64,000 nucleotides of DNA from an uncultured bacterium (GTDB lineage Bacteria; Actinomycetota; Acidimicrobiia; Spongiisociales; UBA5794), in contig CAWDDT010000004.1 in NCBI GenBank assembly GCA_963801165.1, positions 416,001 through 480,000 on the forward strand, read 5' to 3'. Shown one piece after another: positions 40,619 to 50,877 of the stretch. Position 1 is the stretch's first letter; each line of letters begins with the position of its first letter. Under the pieces are notes generated by a model, which was given only the letters and a program-made list of their open reading frames with translations, ran no database searches and had not been told where the DNA came from. Both the position numbers and the translations under genes were made by a program.

Positions 40619-41950
40619 GTGAGCAGGCAACATCGGCTGTATGGCTACCGCTGGGTGGTGCTGGCGGTCTTCATGTTCATCAACCTGGCCATCCAGCTGT
40701 TGTGGATCTCGTACGCTCCGATCACCGGTCCCGCAGCGGACTTCTACGGGGTGAGCGACCTGCTCATCGGTCTGCTGGCGATGTCGTTCATGATCGCCTT
40801 CATCCCGCTCTCGATCCCCGTGTCCTGGGTGATCGACGCCTACGGCTTTCGGATTGCGGTCGGGATCGGCGCCGGTCTGATGGGCGTCTTCGGTCTGCTG
40901 CGTGGCTTCGCCGGAGCCAACTACGCCGTGGTTTTGACGAGCACGATCGGCCTCGCCGTCGCCCAACCGTTCCTGCTCAACGCGTGGACCACGATCCCCG
41001 CCAAGTGGTTCCCCGTGGATGGCCGGGCCACCGCTGTCGGATTGGTGACGCTGGCCAACCTGGTGGGCACGGCTCTCGGTCTGGCGCTCACCCCGGTGCT
41101 GATCGAGAGCATGTCGATCTCGACCGTGCAGTTGATCTATGGCGCAACTGCGGCCTTCGCATCCGTGCTGTTTCTGCTGCTGGCGCGCGAGACCCCGCCC
41201 ACCCCGCCCGCAGAGCCCGGCCGGGAGGAGCGGGCGCTCATGCTCGACGGTCTCAAGCACGCTCTCAAGGTCAAGCCGTTTCTGCTGTTTCTCGTGGTCG
41301 CGTTCGTCGGGCTGGGGATATTCAATGGGGTTACCACCTGGATCGAGAACATCGTCCGACCGCGGGGGTTCACACCAACAGACGCGGGGACCATCGGAGC
41401 GCTGATGGTCGCCGGCGGGCTCGTCGGTGCGATCGTCCTGCCCGCCCTCTCGGACAAACAGCACAAGCGGCAGCGCTATCTGATGCTCGCCTTCGTTGGT
41501 GCGATCCCAGGGCTGTTTGGTCTGACGTTCGCCACGTCGGGTGTACTGCTGTTCGGTTCGGCAGTTGTGATGGGGTTCTTCCTCATCAGCGCCATGCCGG
41601 TAGGGCTGCAGTACGCCGCCGAGATCACCTACCCGACACCCGAGGGGACCTCCAACGGGCTGATTCAGCTCTCCGGCCAGGGCGCCGTCGTCTTTGTCTA
41701 TGTAATGGAAGCGATGCGAACCAGCGACGGCTCCTTCACTCCGTCGCTGGTGCTGGCGATGGCGATGCTCGTGGTCAGCGCCGGGCTTGTTACGCAGATG
41801 AAGGACCCGGAGCGGATTCGACCAGAAGCCGCGCTCGCCCTTGAACCTCAATCTGCGGATTGGGGAGGAGAATCGCTCGATTCCGCAATGCCCTCCGGGG
41901 GATTCTGCACTGGGTGGGGCACTGAAACTGTGAATGATTCAACGGATTGA
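40619..41950 (+). CDS. MFS transporter
   Basis: YRWVVL, IDAYGFR, WFP..GRATA, EITYP.PEGTS; about 12 TM helices. Confidence 0.9.
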   Translation: MSRQHRLYGYRWVVLAVFMFINLAIQLLWISYAPITGPAADFYGVSDLLIGLLAMSFMIAFIPLSIPVSWVIDAYGFRIAVGIGAGLMGVFGLLRGFAGANYAVVLTSTIGLAVAQPFLLNAWTTIPAKWFPVDGRATAVGLVTLANLVGTALGLALTPVLIESMSISTVQLIYGATAAFASVLFLLLARETPPTPPAEPGREERALMLDGLKHALKVKPFLLFLVVAFVGLGIFNGVTTWIENIVRPRGFTPTDAGTIGALMVAGGLVGAIVLPALSDKQHKRQRYLMLAFVGAIPGLFGLTFATSGVLLFGSAVVMGFFLISAMPVGLQYAAEITYPTPEGTSNGLIQLSGQGAVVFVYVMEAMRTSDGSFTPSLVLAMAMLVVSAGLVTQMKDPERIRPEAALALEPQSADWGGESLDSAMPSGGFCTGWGTETVNDSTD

Positions 41951-42071
41951 AATCGCCCGCGACGTCGAGCTGATCGAGCGATCCGACAATCTGCAACCGT
42001 GGATTGGGGTTGAAGAGCCGGGTGGCCCCAGGGCAGTGTGAGCCCGGATCGCGCCCGGTGGAGGAGACACG

Positions 42072-43184
42072 ATGGTCTACAACGGAGATCCCACAGGCGA
42101 CGTCGGCGCGGTACGCCGCACCGCAACATTCGAGCTGTTGTTCGATCTGGTCTTCGTCTTTGCGATCACCCAGATCACGAACCTGATCGAATTCGCTGAC
42201 GGTCCCGCCGATTGGATAGCGGCGGTGTCGGTCCTGTTGTTCCTCTGGTGGATGTACGGCGGCTTTGTCTGGCTTGCCAGCCACGTCGACGATGAGCGCA
42301 AGCTCGAGGCAGCGATGTTTCTGGCAATGCTCGCGTTCTTTCTTCTGGCAATGGGGATTCCCGGTGTGCACGCCGGCGACACGGTCCAGGTGGGCTCTGC
42401 CGCGATCGTGGTTGTCGTCATTCACTTCGTGGCGTTCTGGGTCCTGGCAGGTGCCCGGTACGGCTGGCCGATGGTCCGGGTCGGTGTGGTGAATCTCATC
42501 GCCGCTGTTCTCGTTCTGGTCGCCGGGTCCCTACCGAGCGGGCTCGAGTGGATTGCCCACCTGGCTCTTGTAGTTCTGCTGTCCGGGATGGCGCTCGTCT
42601 ACGCAGCGGAGCCTTTCTCGCTTATCCCGTCGCACTTCGTGGAGCGTCATGGTCTGGCGTTGATCATCGTCTTCGGCGAGAGCATCATTGCCGTCGGCAG
42701 CGGCATTTCGGGGCCGGCACCGGCGCACGTGCTGGCCGAGGCCGGCCTGACGCTTTGTCTCGTGATCGGGCTCTGGCTGACGTATTTCGCCCGGGACGAC
42801 GAGCGGGCCGAGACCGTGATGCTGGCGACGCCCGAGAGCGAGAGGGGGCGGATTGCCTTGCTCGGGTATTGGGCGGCCTTTGCCGTCATGATCGGCGGTG
42901 TGTTGATGCTGGCCGCGGGAGCGAAGCTGCACTTCGGCGGCCGGAGTTCCAGCGACTTCGGCGGCTGGATTGCAGCGGGGATGGCGCTCTACCTCGCCGG
43001 CACCGCAGGATTCCGGGCCGTGATGAGCATTCGGGGTGCGCTCGGCCGGCTCGCCGGGGCAGGCGTTGCGCTCGCCATCGCAGTTGTACCGTCCCGTGAG
43101 AATGCTATCGCTCCGCTCCTTTTGGCCGTCGTTCTGGTCGTTGCTCTGTTCGCTCTAGACATCCGAATGGCAGAGGAAACGTAG
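42072..43184 (+). CDS. Low temperature requirement protein A family
   Basis: ELLFDLVFVFA, HFVERHGLALIIVFGE. Confidence 0.88.
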   Translation: MVYNGDPTGDVGAVRRTATFELLFDLVFVFAITQITNLIEFADGPADWIAAVSVLLFLWWMYGGFVWLASHVDDERKLEAAMFLAMLAFFLLAMGIPGVHAGDTVQVGSAAIVVVVIHFVAFWVLAGARYGWPMVRVGVVNLIAAVLVLVAGSLPSGLEWIAHLALVVLLSGMALVYAAEPFSLIPSHFVERHGLALIIVFGESIIAVGSGISGPAPAHVLAEAGLTLCLVIGLWLTYFARDDERAETVMLATPESERGRIALLGYWAAFAVMIGGVLMLAAGAKLHFGGRSSSDFGGWIAAGMALYLAGTAGFRAVMSIRGALGRLAGAGVALAIAVVPSRENAIAPLLLAVVLVVALFALDIRMAEET

Positions 43185-43414
43185 CCGCCGGTGGTGTCGG
43201 TCACGAGTCGCCGAGAATCGCCGCCCGGTTCGCGTCGAGGAGCTGGCCAGGTTGTGTCCGCGGGGGAGAGTCAGTACCGACGGCTAGGTTTCGGGATGAC
43301 GGGGATTGCGTCTGGCGTGGCGGCGATCACGGAGCAGGGTCCGGACGCACCCGTCGGCGGTGCGCGTGGATGACAATGCCACAGCAACCATCACGCCGGG
43401 TCTGGAGGATCTGC

Positions 43415-44179
43415 ATGGATGACATGTTCAGTCTTGACGGCAAGCTCGCTCTCGTGACCGGCTCCTCTGCCGGTATCGGTTTCGTGCTGGCAAAGGCCCT
43501 TGGCTCCGCGGGCGCGGCGGTTCTGGTCAATGGTCGTCGGCGGGCGCCGGTACATGAGGCCGTGGAGAGACTCCAGGGTGTCGGGATCACGGCATACCCG
43601 CTGTGCTTCGACGTGACGGATGCATCGGCCGTGGGTGAAGCCGTCCGGGTGGCGGAGTCTGAGCACGGGCCGATCGACATCCTGGTCAACAACGCGGGGG
43701 TGCAACGACGCGCCCCGTTCCTCGAGTTCACCGATGACGACTGGGACCTGCTCGTCGACACGAATCTCACCGGCCCGTTCATCGTGAGCAGGGCCGTCGC
43801 CCGCTCGATGGCGGAGCGCGGTGCGGGGAAGATCATCATGGTGTGCTCGGTGCAGAGCGAGCTGGCTCGCCCGTCCATCGCCCCCTACTCGGCGACAAAG
43901 GGGGGATTGAAGATGCTCATCAAGGGCATGTGTGCGGACCTCGGTCCTCTGGGCATCCAGGTCAATGGCCTCGGTCCCGGGTACTTCGATACCGAGCTCA
44001 CCAAGGCGCTTGTGGACGATGCCGAGTTCAGCGCCTGGGTCGCGGAGCGAACGCCCGCAGGCAGGTGGGGCCAGGTCGAGGAGCTGGCAGGTACTGTCAT
44101 CTTCTTGTCGTCCCGAGCGTCCGACTTCATCAATGGCCAGATCATCTACGTCGACGGCGGGATGCTGGCGACCATCTAG
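43415..44179 (+). CDS. SDR oxidoreductase, gluconate 5-dehydrogenase-like
   Basis: TGSSAGIG, NNAG, SVQSELAR..IAPYSATKG, PGYFDTEL. Confidence 0.9.
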   Translation: MDDMFSLDGKLALVTGSSAGIGFVLAKALGSAGAAVLVNGRRRAPVHEAVERLQGVGITAYPLCFDVTDASAVGEAVRVAESEHGPIDILVNNAGVQRRAPFLEFTDDDWDLLVDTNLTGPFIVSRAVARSMAERGAGKIIMVCSVQSELARPSIAPYSATKGGLKMLIKGMCADLGPLGIQVNGLGPGYFDTELTKALVDDAEFSAWVAERTPAGRWGQVEELAGTVIFLSSRASDFINGQIIYVDGGMLATI

Positions 44180-44341
44180 CGGCCGTGCGACACCGACGTT
44201 TCCCCGGTGGCGTAGATACAAGGCTGCGATGCTCACGACCGAGACGCAAGAGGGGGCTTTCGGGCTTCGGATGGCTCCGTCTCAGCAGACTCCCAGCGAA
44301 CTCTAAGCTCCCTCACTGGTTCTCGCTCAAAGGTCGGCGCA

Positions 44342-45097
44342 ATGAATTCCAAGACAACTCCTCTCCATTCACGCGCCGCCCTTGCGGTGGTTGCCATGGT
44401 CCTCCTCGTCGCCGCCTGTGGCTCCTACGAGCCCGGCACCGTCGGCCAGGGGGCCGATACGAATGGTGCGGCAACTTCGACATCGACCACAACGACATCC
44501 GCCTCCGCCGTCGGCGCTTCAAGCTTCACTGCCGAGGTGTGGGCCGACAACTGGTTTGCCCTCTACGTCGATGGCGAGCTCGTGGGCGAGGATTCAGTTC
44601 CGATCACCACCGAGCGCTCGTTCAACTCCGAGACGATCACGTTCGAGGCCACCTACCCGTTCACGATTGGCATCGAGGCCAAGGACTTCAAGGAGACCGA
44701 CTCGGGCCTGGAATACATCGGCACGGACCGCCAGCAGATGGGGGACGGCGGGATGATCGCCCAAATCACCGACAACGCAACCGGTCAGGTGGTGGCGGTC
44801 ACGGACGGATCCTGGACGGTGCTAGTGGTGCAGCGCGCTCCGCTCAACACCGAGTGCGAGAAGGCGGCCGATCCCGACACCGCGTGTCAGCACGAGACCA
44901 TTGAGATCCCGGCCGATTGGGGGGCGCCCGGCTTCGACGACAGTGGCTGGGTCGCGGCAACCGAGTGGAGTGCGGCCGACGTCGGCCCCAAGGATGGCTA
45001 CGACGAGATCAGCTGGGACCCGGCAGCCAAGCTGGTCTGGGGCTCGGACCTCAAGATCGACAATACGATTCTCTTGCGAGCAACGGTCGACGCATAA
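44342..45097 (+). CDS. Lipoprotein, beta-sandwich-like, function unknown
   Basis: Lipobox VAAC, Thr/Ser linker, WADNWFALYVDG, FDDSGW. Confidence 0.7.
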   Translation: MNSKTTPLHSRAALAVVAMVLLVAACGSYEPGTVGQGADTNGAATSTSTTTTSASAVGASSFTAEVWADNWFALYVDGELVGEDSVPITTERSFNSETITFEATYPFTIGIEAKDFKETDSGLEYIGTDRQQMGDGGMIAQITDNATGQVVAVTDGSWTVLVVQRAPLNTECEKAADPDTACQHETIEIPADWGAPGFDDSGWVAATEWSAADVGPKDGYDEISWDPAAKLVWGSDLKIDNTILLRATVDA

Positions 45098-45277
45098 CGT
45101 AGCGAGCGCGGGGCGGATCATCGCCCCCGAGCTCTCCTCAGGAACGTCCGGCATTTGTCCTCCCCTCGACGCCGCCCTTCAACACAAATGCGTCACCCGT
45201 GAGAAGGAGTCACCGAGTTCCGAGGAGAACTCACAGTTGGCCGTCACCCATTTCCGTGGTCCGGGGAGTGCCGGCCG

Positions 45278-46258
45278 TCAACGTTGAGCCTTCTCGTCGG
45301 TGGTTGGTCGATGCCCGATCTCCAACCCGGCGAGGTTGCTCTCGCCCCGATACTCGAGACGTCCGGTCACCTCGAGGGAGAGGTGTCCGCCCAGGTACTC
45401 GAAATCGGTGTCGATGTTGCGTCGTTGTGCCGGTAGCGGTACGGGCAGTACGTGTGGTTCGCCGACGCCGTGCCCGATGATGCGCACGCGATAGCCGTGA
45501 CCGCGACCATCTACTTCCCACCGTTGGCCGTCGGTCTCGCCGCGCACGCGGGAGAAGGGCGGAGCGAGGCGGATCACCCTGGCGCCGATGCGGACCACGA
45601 TCCCCCCGACCTGCGCGGAAAGAGGTCCTGCTGTCAGCAGGCCCCCGCCGAATGCGACGCATACATCGGGCCGGTCGAAGCCTTGGGCCTGACCCCACCA
45701 CCAGTGCTCTGGAAACCCGGCTCCCCAGTTCTTCTCGGCGTACACCTCGGCGTCGATGATCTCCCATTCCTGATCACCGACGCGGGCGGTGCCTTCTGCT
45801 GCACCACCGAGCAGGTGCGGGTGCCAGTACTGGCCGAGAAATGGCAGTGCCGAGAACAGGCCGCCGCCTCCGAGGACCAGCGGCCACGTGACAGGCCGAC
45901 TCAACGACAGGTCGGCACCGGCGTCGGGACCGAGATCGATGTGGACCCCGGTCTCAGTCGCAGTGAACTTTCCGTCCCCCGCGGTGACGAGGAATCGGTC
46001 CGAAGCGGCGGCGGCTCCATCGAGCACCGCGGAGCGGACAAAACCACCAGGATGCGCAGCGATCGCCACCGTCGCCCATTCACCATTCGGATGTCGGTTC
46101 ACGCCGCACAGCACGACGAGCACGCGCTGGTGGGCCACGTCGGTGACTCGCCAGAAGTAGCCCTCCATTTCCGCTCCATGGGACGGCCGCGGGTCACCGA
46201 GGGGGAGGTTTGCGCCCGTGCGCCGATAGATCGAGTCGAGACGGGCGAAGACTGTCAC
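45278..46258 (-). CDS. Tocopherol cyclase family protein
   Basis: MEGYFWR, YAEKNWG.GFPEHWWWGQAQGF. Confidence 0.85.
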   Translation of the reverse strand: MTVFARLDSIYRRTGANLPLGDPRPSHGAEMEGYFWRVTDVAHQRVLVVLCGVNRHPNGEWATVAIAAHPGGFVRSAVLDGAAAASDRFLVTAGDGKFTATETGVHIDLGPDAGADLSLSRPVTWPLVLGGGGLFSALPFLGQYWHPHLLGGAAEGTARVGDQEWEIIDAEVYAEKNWGAGFPEHWWWGQAQGFDRPDVCVAFGGGLLTAGPLSAQVGGIVVRIGARVIRLAPPFSRVRGETDGQRWEVDGRGHGYRVRIIGHGVGEPHVLPVPLPAQRRNIDTDFEYLGGHLSLEVTGRLEYRGESNLAGLEIGHRPTTDEKAQR

Positions 46259-46518
46259 GAGGCAGGGACGGCCTCGTCCAACACCTGCAGAGGCTCGGCC
46301 TCGAGACGCATGCGGCAACCCTCGCCGTCGGGGGTCAGCGCCTCCGTGAGCGATGCCCGACCGTTGCTCTTCGATCGGCCCTCGATCCGAATCAACTTGT
46401 CGGTCTCCACCTCGACGGTCATTTCCGAGAACTCCGGAAGGCGCTCTACGTACGACCGCAATGCGAATACGCGGTCCGGCGAGCACGAAACGACAGCTTC
46501 GTCGGCGATCTTGCTCAT
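46255..46518 (-). CDS. Small SRPBCC-like protein (possibly truncated)
   Basis: CSPDRVFA...ERLPEF...LTPDGEGCRM; overlaps the cyclase start. Confidence 0.45.
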   Translation of the reverse strand: MSKIADEAVVSCSPDRVFALRSYVERLPEFSEMTVEVETDKLIRIEGRSKSNGRASLTEALTPDGEGCRMRLEAEPLQVLDEAVPAS

Positions 46519-46687
46519 CTGGCTTCCTCCGGGTGTACAGCCGTTGAACAGACCGCACGTGGCAATACCCGCTACCCGACTTGGAGCGCACCCTACCATC
46601 GCAGGTGGGCGTCCGTTATGGGGACCATCGTGAAGCGCGATGGAGCGGCATCGTCACGCTGGGAACGTTCCACGGGGCCAACCAATC

Positions 46688-46730
46688 GGCGTCCCGGGAG
46701 GATTCGAACCTCCGATACCCGGTTTAGGAA
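46688..46730 (-). mobile_element. tRNA-Arg(CCU) 3'-half fragment (att junction)
   Basis: Near-identical to 51404..51447; similarity ends in the anticodon loop. Confidence 0.85.
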
Positions 46731-46929
46731 CGTGTTGCAGCCGAATCCCTGGGTGCTCATGTAGGGCCACGAATAGCTGGGGGTTCCCATCCGAAATGTT
46801 GTCGATTCGCCCCATATTCATTGAGGAATCAACAACTTGGGTTGTTGTTCGGCGTGTCGAATTCGCTGGTTTCTCAGGCCTGCGAAGTGCCCAAGATTCT
46901 CCATGCCGGTTGCTGCGCGGCTACTCCTT

Positions 46930-47020
46930 CCATATTTTGAGACGCATCTCAACCCAGTGTTTGGGGATCAGCGCATCATTGACATTGCGCAACCGGCGGT
47001 TCAGAGCGTTGTTGCGGCTG
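46930..47020 (+). pseudogene. Tyrosine integrase core-binding domain remnant
   Basis: YFETHLNPVFGDQRIIDIAQPAVQSVV resembles the equivalent segment of the two other integrases here. Confidence 0.45.
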
Positions 47021-47188
47021 GGAGCGCCGAGCGCGCTCCTCAGACCCGATCGACAAAACGATTCTCTTGCGGGCAACGGTCAACGGATAGCGCACCCAGC
47101 GTGTGCCTTCGGGGTGGCTGCCTCGACAACCGGTCGCACGAACGACTTGAAACAACGGAGGGCGGTACCGCCGCACTCCCCTCCGATT

Positions 47189-47596
47189 TCAGCCCCACAC
47201 GAGCACGAGGATGGCTGCGACCACTACGAACAGTGTCGAGTACTCCATCCCCCATAGGGCTACCGGTGACCCGTCGCCGATGATGAACACCAGACCGGCG
47301 AGGGTGGCCGCGATGGTCGCGGCCGCCGTCACCCCGGTGGCGACACGCCGGCGGGTGTCGGGGAGCCGCAGCGTGTAGACGAAGCTTCCGGTGCTGAGCC
47401 CCACCAACAGGAGGCCGATTGCGATGTGAAGCCCGAGGTCCCGGTGGCCGAACGGGGGACCGCTCATCAGGGCGGATCCGAGAAGACCCTCCCACACCAC
47501 GAGGATGAGGATCACGAGCGCCAGGATCCTGAGCACTGTGTTCTTCTGCCGGCGGACGTTCACGCCGGTGGGCTGTGCGGATTGGTGCTCGGTCAT
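47189..47596 (-). CDS. Small 4-TM membrane protein
   Basis: Four hydrophobic segments; ATGA-coupled to the TetR gene. Confidence 0.65.
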   Translation of the reverse strand: MTEHQSAQPTGVNVRRQKNTVLRILALVILILVVWEGLLGSALMSGPPFGHRDLGLHIAIGLLLVGLSTGSFVYTLRLPDTRRRVATGVTAAATIAATLAGLVFIIGDGSPVALWGMEYSTLFVVVAAILVLVWG

Positions 47597-48222
47597 GGGA
47601 ATGGTCCTTTCGTCGCGTCGGCCCGGATAGGCAAGTCGATGCCGAGGATCCGCCACACGGAACGGGTGAGCGCATGTAGCGCATCGTCAGGGCTCATTCG
47701 CCCGCCTCCGACTTCGTTTGCGGCCGCGTGGGTCAGACTCATGAGCGCGGCCACGATCCAGTTGGCTGAGAGGCGGGGGTCGAAGTCGCCGGTGCGTTGG
47801 CCCCGTTGGATCAGCGGCACCAGCCGATCGAGGATCGGGCCATGCCCCGTCTGCTCCTCCTCGGGTCGCATCGGGAGCGTCGGCAGCGTGAATACCCGGT
47901 TCTCGATGGAAGTATCCCAATTGGTTTCGATGAATCGCTGCAGCGCAGCGGCGGGAGGACCTTCATTTAGCGTGGCGCGGTCCAGCGCCGTGATCGCTCG
48001 GTTCAACGTGCGCGTCAAAACGGCACGGATCAGCTCGTCTCTCGAGGGGTAATGGGAGTAGACGGTTTGTCGAGCCAAACCTGCGGCTCGAGCGATGTCT
48101 TCGATGGTTGCGTCGGGCCGCTCGCCAAGCGTCTCGGCGGCGGCATCGAGAATCGACTCCATGTTGCGCTCGGCGTCCGCACGGAGCCGGCGAGCTGGCG
48201 TATGTGATGTGTTCGAGGACAT
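47593..48222 (-). CDS. TetR family regulator
   Basis: RADAERN...IARAAGLARQTVYSHYPSRDEL. Confidence 0.92.
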   Translation of the reverse strand: MSSNTSHTPARRLRADAERNMESILDAAAETLGERPDATIEDIARAAGLARQTVYSHYPSRDELIRAVLTRTLNRAITALDRATLNEGPPAAALQRFIETNWDTSIENRVFTLPTLPMRPEEEQTGHGPILDRLVPLIQRGQRTGDFDPRLSANWIVAALMSLTHAAANEVGGGRMSPDDALHALTRSVWRILGIDLPIRADATKGPFP

Positions 48223-48423
48223 GAGTGTCTATGTTAACAGCGTGATGTGTCATTCTAGCGAGCAAATTCGAGTTAACTACGACAGCCTCGTCTAAGTTAT
48301 CGTCGACCATGATCGAAGCGTGGCCGGGACCGTCGTCACTCGAGATACAAGATGGGATTGACCTTTCGACTCCCTCCGCGATTCCCGACCGATATTCCAC
48401 CGACGCAGATCTCCAGTGTTTTC

Positions 48424-48492
48424 AGCGCCCGGGAGGATTCGAACCGCCTTCACCGTCTTGGGAGACCGGTTCGCGTAGGTTTAGGAAACCGG
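48424..48492 (-). mobile_element. Two adjacent tRNA-derived att relics
   Basis: GGTTTAGGAAACCGG (48478..48492) plus a diverged 3' half containing CCCGGGAGGATTCGAACC. Confidence 0.7.
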
Positions 48493-48686
48493 CCAGGACA
48501 CTTTCCGGTGTCTCTCGTCGATTGTCGTCTTCTGCGAGATCGTCAATGTTTACGGGGGATTCCCACCGATTCGCTGAATGCGGCCTTTGCGTCGTTTTGT
48601 GTCGTTTCTCGACCTGTGACGGACCGTTGAAGCGAGATTTGCTGATAGGGGTTCAATCGGTCTCTCGTTACATGTAACATCAGAGC

Positions 48687-48908
48687 ATGGCTACACCCCA
48701 AGAGAGGTCTTCCGTCTCGAATCGAGTACGCAACTACCGCAAGCGGATGCGGGCACAAGGAATGCGGCCAATCCAGATCTGGGTGGCGGACGTCCGCTCT
48801 CCGGACTTCGCTGCTGAAGCACACCGCCAGGCCGCGGCCGTCGCCAACAGCAAGCACGCCGCCGACGATCAGGCATTCATCGATGCGCTCAGTGTCGACG
48901 ACAAGTGA
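48687..48908 (+). CDS. MazE-like antitoxin (DUF3018-like)
   Basis: RVRNYRKRMRAQGMRPIQIWVADVRSP.F..EAHRQ; GTTACATGTAAC palindrome upstream. Confidence 0.88.
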   Translation: MATPQERSSVSNRVRNYRKRMRAQGMRPIQIWVADVRSPDFAAEAHRQAAAVANSKHAADDQAFIDALSVDDK

Positions 48909-49237
48909 GACGCTCCGAGGTCTGGACGGCCGCAGCCGGGACTGGCTACAGCGGCAAACCGCGGCTCGTCGTGATCATTCAGGACGACCGGTTTGATGCC
49001 ACCGACTCGGTGACGGTGTGCGCTTTCACCACTGACCCGACAGAGGCGCCGCTGATCCGTCTCCCCGTTGTGCCCGATGAGCAGAACGGTCTTCGCGAGA
49101 CAAGCAGTCTCATGGTCGACAAGATCACAACCGTTCCCCGATCCAAGCTTGGTGAACGAATCGGCCGCCTAGCCGACCAAGACATGCTTAGGCTCGGGCG
49201 TGCCGTCGTGGTGTTCTTCGGACTGGCAGGCGACTGA
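48905..49237 (+). CDS. mazF: PemK/MazF family toxin
   Basis: GKPRLVVIIQDD, NGL..S.LMVDKITTV...LGERIG. Confidence 0.92.
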   Translation: MRRSEVWTAAAGTGYSGKPRLVVIIQDDRFDATDSVTVCAFTTDPTEAPLIRLPVVPDEQNGLRETSSLMVDKITTVPRSKLGERIGRLADQDMLRLGRAVVVFFGLAGD

Positions 49238-49361
49238 CCACTCCAACCATGGCGTGAAGCCCTGCAAACGCGATACAGGATGTCAACGGTCAGTGTTCGC
49301 CCAGCAAGCGGATACGTGAGGATCTCGCTCACTCGAGAAACTGATCGTTATCACCCGATAT

Positions 49362-50206
49362 TTGTTGTATGTGCTTCCTCGCTTTGCTCGGGCATCCCTG
49401 GGGAGCATTCAGGCCGTTGACATCCGGGAGTGGTTGGCAGACCTCGATCGTTCGGGTCTGTCGGCGTCGCGAATCCGGCAGGCGTACTTCCTGCTGGCGC
49501 AGATTCTCCGCTCGGCCGTCGAGTCCGGTCATCTGGCGAAGGACCCGTGTGTCGTGGTGAAGCTTCCGCGCATGCAGGTACCCGAGATGCGATTCCTGTC
49601 CGTGGAACAGGTCGAGGCGCTGGCTTCAGCCATTCGTGAACCGTATGGTGTCCTTGTCAACACCGTTGCCTACGGCGGTCTGCGATGGGGCGAGGCGGTA
49701 GCCCTGGACGGGAACGATGTGAGCTGCTGCGTTCCCGGGTCCATGTGGCGGAATCGCTCTCCGAGACCTCCGAAGGGCTTCTATTCGGTGCCACAAAGAC
49801 ATATCAGCGCCGAACGGTGGTGATACCGGGATTCCTCCGGGATCAACTGGCGGAGCATCTGGCGACTCGCGTCGAAATCGCCGAGGATGCACTCGTCTTC
49901 ACCTCCCCAGGCGGCGAGCCCTTGCGCCGAGGCAACTTCAGCCGGCGGGTGTGGAAGCCCGTGCTCGCGGCAGCGCGTCTTGACGTTCGGCCGCACGAAC
50001 TCCGCCATACCTGTGCCGCGCTGCTCATCGCCGAGGGGGCGCATCCCAAGGCGGTGCAGGCTCAGCTCGGACACTCGTCGATCCAGGTCACTATGGATCG
50101 GTACGGGCATCTGTTTCCCTCTGCCGCTGAGGAGCTCGCTGGTCGTCTGGATGCTGTGCATCGACGGAAGCAGACGCTCGAGACTCCGGGGATTTCTATT
50201 GCATGA
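49362..50206 (+). pseudogene. Tyrosine integrase, N-truncated and frameshifted (~49710)
   Basis: GGLRWGE, then a frame change; HELRHT, LGHSS, TMDRYGH. Confidence 0.85.
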
Positions 50207-50247
50207 AAGAAACAAGTGTTCGATTTATGACGGGTGTTTGTTATCAT

Positions 50248-50877
50248 ATGGACATGGATTTCGTTCGACCCGTTGAGGCAATCGTTCCCGGTGTCCAGGG
50301 CCGGGTTCTGTCCGTGCTGGCGGAGACAACTGCCGACCTCAACATGAGGACGATCGCTCGTCTCGCTGATGTCAGTCTGGCGCAAGCCTCGCGCGTGCTG
50401 GCGCGGTTGGTCGACCTTGGCGTTGTGGAGCGGCGTGACGTGCCTCCTTCGTCACTCTTTCGTCTGGTTCGCCAGCATGTGGCCGCGGGTCCGTTGCTTG
50501 CTTTGGCGAGAGGCCGGGATGCGTTGATAGGCGAGATGGGGCGCCTCGCGGCCGGGCTCCCTGTGGTGCCCTTGTCGGCGATTGTCTTCGGATCCTTTGC
50601 GCGAGGCGAGGCAGATATCGACAGCGACATCGACATGGTGCTCGTCCGCCCCGCGGGTGTCGATGAGTCCGACGAGTCGTGGTGGGAGGCGGTCGAGCAG
50701 TGGCGGACTTCGGTGCGCCGGGCTAGTGGCAACCGGGTTGAAGTCCTCGAGGTTGGCTCCGACGAGGTCGCAGCGTTGCTGAACAGCCGGCGGCAGGTAT
50801 GGCGTGACATTCGGCGCGATGGCCTGGTCGTGCACGGCCTGAGCCTCGCCGATCTCAAGGATGGATCACGTGGCTAG
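50248..50877 (+). CDS. HTH plus minimal nucleotidyltransferase (MNT antitoxin)
   Basis: N-terminal HTH; FGSFARGEADIDSDIDM. Confidence 0.88.
   Translation: MDMDFVRPVEAIVPGVQGRVLSVLAETTADLNMRTIARLADVSLAQASRVLARLVDLGVVERRDVPPSSLFRLVRQHVAAGPLLALARGRDALIGEMGRLAAGLPVVPLSAIVFGSFARGEADIDSDIDMVLVRPAGVDESDESWWEAVEQWRTSVRRASGNRVEVLEVGSDEVAALLNSRRQVWRDIRRDGLVVHGLSLADLKDGSRG

Noticed and set aside
27841-46633. Many long antisense or alternate-frame ORFs (e.g. 33152..34675, 40526..41851, 45452..46633)
   Set aside because: Shadow ORFs expected in high-GC DNA; they overlap well-supported genes and carry no motifs.
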